Below, one piece after another: positions 60,644 to 64,000 of a stretch of DNA of 64,000 bases. The notes beneath the pieces were generated by a model, which saw only the letters and a list, made by a program, of their open reading frames with translations, searched no databases and had not been told where the DNA came from. Source of the DNA: Saccharolobus islandicus REY15A (GTDB lineage: Archaea; Thermoproteota; Thermoprotei_A; Sulfolobales; Sulfolobaceae). The DNA lies in NCBI RefSeq assembly GCF_000189555.1, contig NC_017276.1. One strand, given 5' to 3'. Both the position numbers and the translations under genes were made by a program. Within the stretch, counting starts at the first letter, position 1. Every line of letters starts with the position of its first letter.

Positions 60644-63382
60644 ATGATAAATGTAACCAATGAATTCTTGGTAAGACTGAAGAAACTTGGTTATGAAGAC
60701 CTAACACCAATCCAGAAAATAGCAATACCTAAAATACTCTCCGGAAAGAACGTTTTAATCATAGCACCAACTGGATATGGGAAAACAGAGGCTGCAATAT
60801 TACCAATATTTTACACAATTTTCAAAGATAAACCAGAAAAAATATCAACACTCTACATAACTCCCTTAAGAGCGCTAAATAGAGACCTTGAGTCAAGGTT
60901 AAAAAGAGTAGGAGATGCATTTGGTATCAGCGTTAACGTTAGACACGGAGATTCTTCCCAGAGGGAAAGGAAGGAAATTTTAGATAACCCACCTGACGTA
61001 TTGATAGTAACTCCAGAAACATTATTATACTTAATACTGAACGATACTTTTAGGAAATACTTTACAAATCTGAAATGGATAATAATAGATGAATTACAAG
61101 AAATGTTAGACGAGAAAAGAGGAATCGAACTCTCTGTACTACTCCAAAGAATCAAAAAGATAACAAGAAATAGAATTCAATTAATAGGAATTTCTGCTAC
61201 CATAGGAGATATTGAGATGGCAAAAATGTACTTGGATAGGGAAGGAGAAGTAGAAGTAGCAAGTATTAACGCAATAAAGGATATAAAAGTAAATCTGATC
61301 CTTCCTAAGATTGAAAAGAAAGACGCAGATTTAGCAGTAAGGTTAGGATTAAGGCCAGATACAATTGCAAGACTCGAGAAACTTAACGAGATTATAAAAA
61401 ATAATAAGCCAATCATAATATTTACAAATACTAGGGAGACTAGTGAATTCATAGCCAATCATCTCACAAGCAACTACTCCTTAAAAATAGGTTCTCATCA
61501 CGGTTCATTATCGAGAGAAATTAGGATAAAAACGGAAAACGACTTTAAGAGCGGAAATATAGATGCGATAGTTGCAACTTCAAGTTTAGAGCTAGGTATA
61601 GATATTGGTAGAATTAATCTAGTAGTCCAATACATGTCACCTAGACAAGTGATTAGGTTAATTCAAAGGGTGGGAAGAAGCGGACATAAAATAGGTAGAA
61701 CGTCTATAGGTTACGTTATACCTTCAGAGGACGTTTTCGATATTCTAGAGTGTAGAGCAATAATAGAGGCATTATATTCAAGTTATTTGGAAAAACCGCT
61801 ATTTGAGGAAAACCCGCTTGACGTTGCAGCACATGAAATAGCGGGAATGGTTTTAGAGGGCTATAAAAATCCTAACGAAATCTTGGAAATTCTACGTAAT
61901 TCATTTTATTTCAAGAACTTCACGGACGAAATGTTCGAAAGTGTGATAGAACTCCTAGAGAGTGCTAAAATAGTTAAAAGAAGGGAAGATGGAAGCCTAG
62001 TCCCAAGTAGAAGAATCTGGAAATATTATTACACTACTAATATGATACCAGATTCAATTAGAAGTTATATTGTAATCGACCACGCTACTAACATCAAAAT
62101 AGGTACTTTGGATGAAGATTTCGTAGCCTCGTTAGATGAGGAAAGCGTGTTCATTTTAGGAAGCAAGCTATGGAAAGTCGTATCTATTGAAAACGATAGG
62201 ATATTCGTAGAAAGAGCTGAACTAAAAAACGGAATATTGCCAAGTTGGTTTGGGGAATCAATTCCGGTTGAGAAAGAGATAGCAAGGAAAGTTTACGAGT
62301 ATATTTACATGTTAGAAAAGGGAAAAATAGAAACTGAGGACGATAGTATATCTAAAGTAGTAAGGGAATTCGTAGAAAGAGGATACCCAGAACTAAGACC
62401 AGATCTTATCTTAGTTGAAATAGTAAAGAATAACTTAATTATAATTCATTCACCATTTGGTTCAAGAGGGAACAACACACTTGGTGCAATAATTTCAGTT
62501 ATGTTAGATGTGGAAAAACAGACCAAAACATCCTATAGGGCAGATCCATATCACATCGCAATATCTTCTGTACTACCAATAACTGAAAATGACATGGAAA
62601 AAATAGTCAATACACTAAATTCCTTGCCTATAATTAAAATAGTCGAAATCTTAAAGAGAGGAATAAAGGAAAGTCCGCAATTCAAGTGGAAATTATTAGT
62701 GGAAATAAAGAGGTTTGGAATGGTAGATCCAGAAAAGGAAATAACGCTTACATCATCCATTATAAAAGCTTATGGAGATACAATAATCGGAGAAGAGGCA
62801 GTTAATGAGCTATTGGTGAAAAATTATGATATAGAAATATTAAAGGAACTCAAAAACTACAGCTGGAAAATAGTTGAGGTTTACGAAGCATCTTCCTTAG
62901 CTAGGCAATTTCTTGATAAAATCCTTAATTACACTGTATTTGACAAAGAGGAAAAACCACTTATGATAGAGATCTTCAAGAAGAGACTAGAAAACAAGGA
63001 GTTAAGGCTAATCTGTCTTTCATGTGGATGGAATTCAATTTATTCTATAATCAACTCACCTAACAAATGCACTAAATGCTCCTCAATCTTCTTAACGGCT
63101 ACTAATCCAGATGATAACGATTCTATAAACATAGTGAGAAAAGCGATAAAAGGGGAGAAATTAACAAGTAGGGAAAAAAGACAATTAGAAGACCTAAAGA
63201 GAATTGCCTCCTTCTTCCCAGATTACGGTAAATATACCCTTATAGCATTAGCAACCAATGGAGTGGGACCAAGTAATTTAGGCAAAGTTTTAAGTAAATT
63301 AAGTGAAGGGGAGAATGAATTTTACATGGCCTTAATAGATGAAGAAAAAAGGTTTATAAGAACAAGAAAATACTGGCACTAA
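60644..63382 (+). CDS. lhr: Lhr-family SF2 helicase
   Basis: [42 protein letters not shown]-terminal C4 Zn finger. Confidence 0.93.
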   Translation: MINVTNEFLVRLKKLGYEDLTPIQKIAIPKILSGKNVLIIAPTGYGKTEAAILPIFYTIFKDKPEKISTLYITPLRALNRDLESRLKRVGDAFGISVNVRHGDSSQRERKEILDNPPDVLIVTPETLLYLILNDTFRKYFTNLKWIIIDELQEMLDEKRGIELSVLLQRIKKITRNRIQLIGISATIGDIEMAKMYLDREGEVEVASINAIKDIKVNLILPKIEKKDADLAVRLGLRPDTIARLEKLNEIIKNNKPIIIFTNTRETSEFIANHLTSNYSLKIGSHHGSLSREIRIKTENDFKSGNIDAIVATSSLELGIDIGRINLVVQYMSPRQVIRLIQRVGRSGHKIGRTSIGYVIPSEDVFDILECRAIIEALYSSYLEKPLFEENPLDVAAHEIAGMVLEGYKNPNEILEILRNSFYFKNFTDEMFESVIELLESAKIVKRREDGSLVPSRRIWKYYYTTNMIPDSIRSYIVIDHATNIKIGTLDEDFVASLDEESVFILGSKLWKVVSIENDRIFVERAELKNGILPSWFGESIPVEKEIARKVYEYIYMLEKGKIETEDDSISKVVREFVERGYPELRPDLILVEIVKNNLIIIHSPFGSRGNNTLGAIISVMLDVEKQTKTSYRADPYHIAISSVLPITENDMEKIVNTLNSLPIIKIVEILKRGIKESPQFKWKLLVEIKRFGMVDPEKEITLTSSIIKAYGDTIIGEEAVNELLVKNYDIEILKELKNYSWKIVEVYEASSLARQFLDKILNYTVFDKEEKPLMIEIFKKRLENKELRLICLSCGWNSIYSIINSPNKCTKCSSIFLTATNPDDNDSINIVRKAIKGEKLTSREKRQLEDLKRIASFFPDYGKYTLIALATNGVGPSNLGKVLSKLSEGENEFYMALIDEEKRFIRTRKYWH

Positions 63383-63423
63383 TCTTAAATTTAAGCCTCT
63401 TAAAAGTTTTTGTGAGACTAAAA

Positions 63424-63714
63424 ATGCCCGCAATTGAAGTTGGAAGAATTTGTGTAAAAGTAAAGGGAAGAGAAGCTGGAAGCAAATGCGTAATAGTCGA
63501 TATAATAGATGACAACTTCGTATTAGTCACTGGACCAAAAGATATAAGCGGTGTTAAAAGAAGAAGAGTCAACATTCTACATTTAGAACCAACTGATAAG
63601 AAAATAGATATACAGAAAGGAGCCTCAGATGAGGAAGTAAGGAAGAAAATAGAGGAAGCTGGTTTAACAGAGTACATGAAAGAGAGAATAAAGATTAAAA
63701 TACCAACATTGTGA
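63424..63714 (+). CDS. rpl14e: Ribosomal protein eL14
   Basis: [16 protein letters not shown]...[15 protein letters not shown]; ATG at 63424. Confidence 0.95.
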   Translation: MPAIEVGRICVKVKGREAGSKCVIVDIIDDNFVLVTGPKDISGVKRRRVNILHLEPTDKKIDIQKGASDEEVRKKIEEAGLTEYMKERIKIKIPTL

Positions 63715-63719
63715 TTTAG

Positions 63720-64000
63720 ATGATTCTAAATGATTTTATTTACAAAATAGATAATTTTTGTGGATATAAAAATGAATGGAAGATAAGAAAAGATAGTGAG
63801 ACATCAGATACATACGGATATTATCCAGAGAAAAGACCAATAGACGTACATATAAAAAACTCAATAATAAACCTTGATAAACCTCCCGGACCAACAAGTC
63901 ATGAAGTGGCGTATTGGATTAAAAAGATGTTAAACGTTAACAAAGCGGGACATGGGGGGACCCTGGAGCCCATTTCACTGGGCGGGGTAATCCAAAAGTT
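63720..64000 (+). CDS. cbf5: H/ACA pseudouridine synthase Cbf5, 5' part; intron-containing and truncated by the window end
   Basis: LDKPPGPTSHEV...KAGHGGTL, with DPKV restored only after removing 23 nt. Confidence 0.92.
   Translation, partial: MILNDFIYKIDNFCGYKNEWKIRKDSETSDTYGYYPEKRPIDVHIKNSIINLDKPPGPTSHEVAYWIKKMLNVNKAGHGGTLEPISLGGVIQK
63967..63989 (+). other. 23-nt bulge-helix-bulge intron in the cbf5 pre-mRNA
   Basis: Central helix CCCU(63961-64)/GGGG(63984-87); bulges GGA(63965-67) and UAA(63988-90); inner stem GCCCA/UGGGC; excision gives CTG GAT CCA AAA GTT. Confidence 0.88.

Noticed and set aside
60683-60688. AGTTTC hexamer upstream of the membrane ATPase as a DNA-damage response element
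   Set aside because: A 6-mer is expected by chance, it lies inside lhr, and its spacing to a TATA box is unclear

Overview
Core-genome segment of a Sulfolobales archaeon of the Saccharolobus (S. solfataricus/S. islandicus) type. The assignment rests on Rpo13, reverse gyrase, two heterotrimeric-PCNA subunits, an ESCRT-III paralog, Cbp1 and Smj12. The window is AT-rich and almost fully coding, with about 80 CDS for transcription, translation, DNA repair, cofactor synthesis and 3HP/4HB carbon fixation. I found no IS element, integrase, CRISPR array or rRNA. Elements missing from the ORF track: tRNA-Gly(GCC), tRNA-Gln(TTG), three box C/D guide sRNAs, four short CDS (rpo12, a CdrS-like RHH protein and two 52-54 aa proteins), and a 23-nt bulge-helix-bulge intron splitting the catalytic Asp codon of cbf5. 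Three of the sRNA guides place the methylated base exactly on a tRNA wobble position; another matches the 16S 530-loop region. Open leads include a stand-alone HerA-NurA paralog pair, a membrane-anchored HerA/VirB4 ATPase divergent from Lhr, GTPase-dead SelBL, a deaminase-type amidohydrolase ending the riboflavin operon, a pseudo-nitrilase, and two unexpected double-psi-barrel domains. All calls come from motif reading and recall, not database searches. Revised start codons are my judgement.
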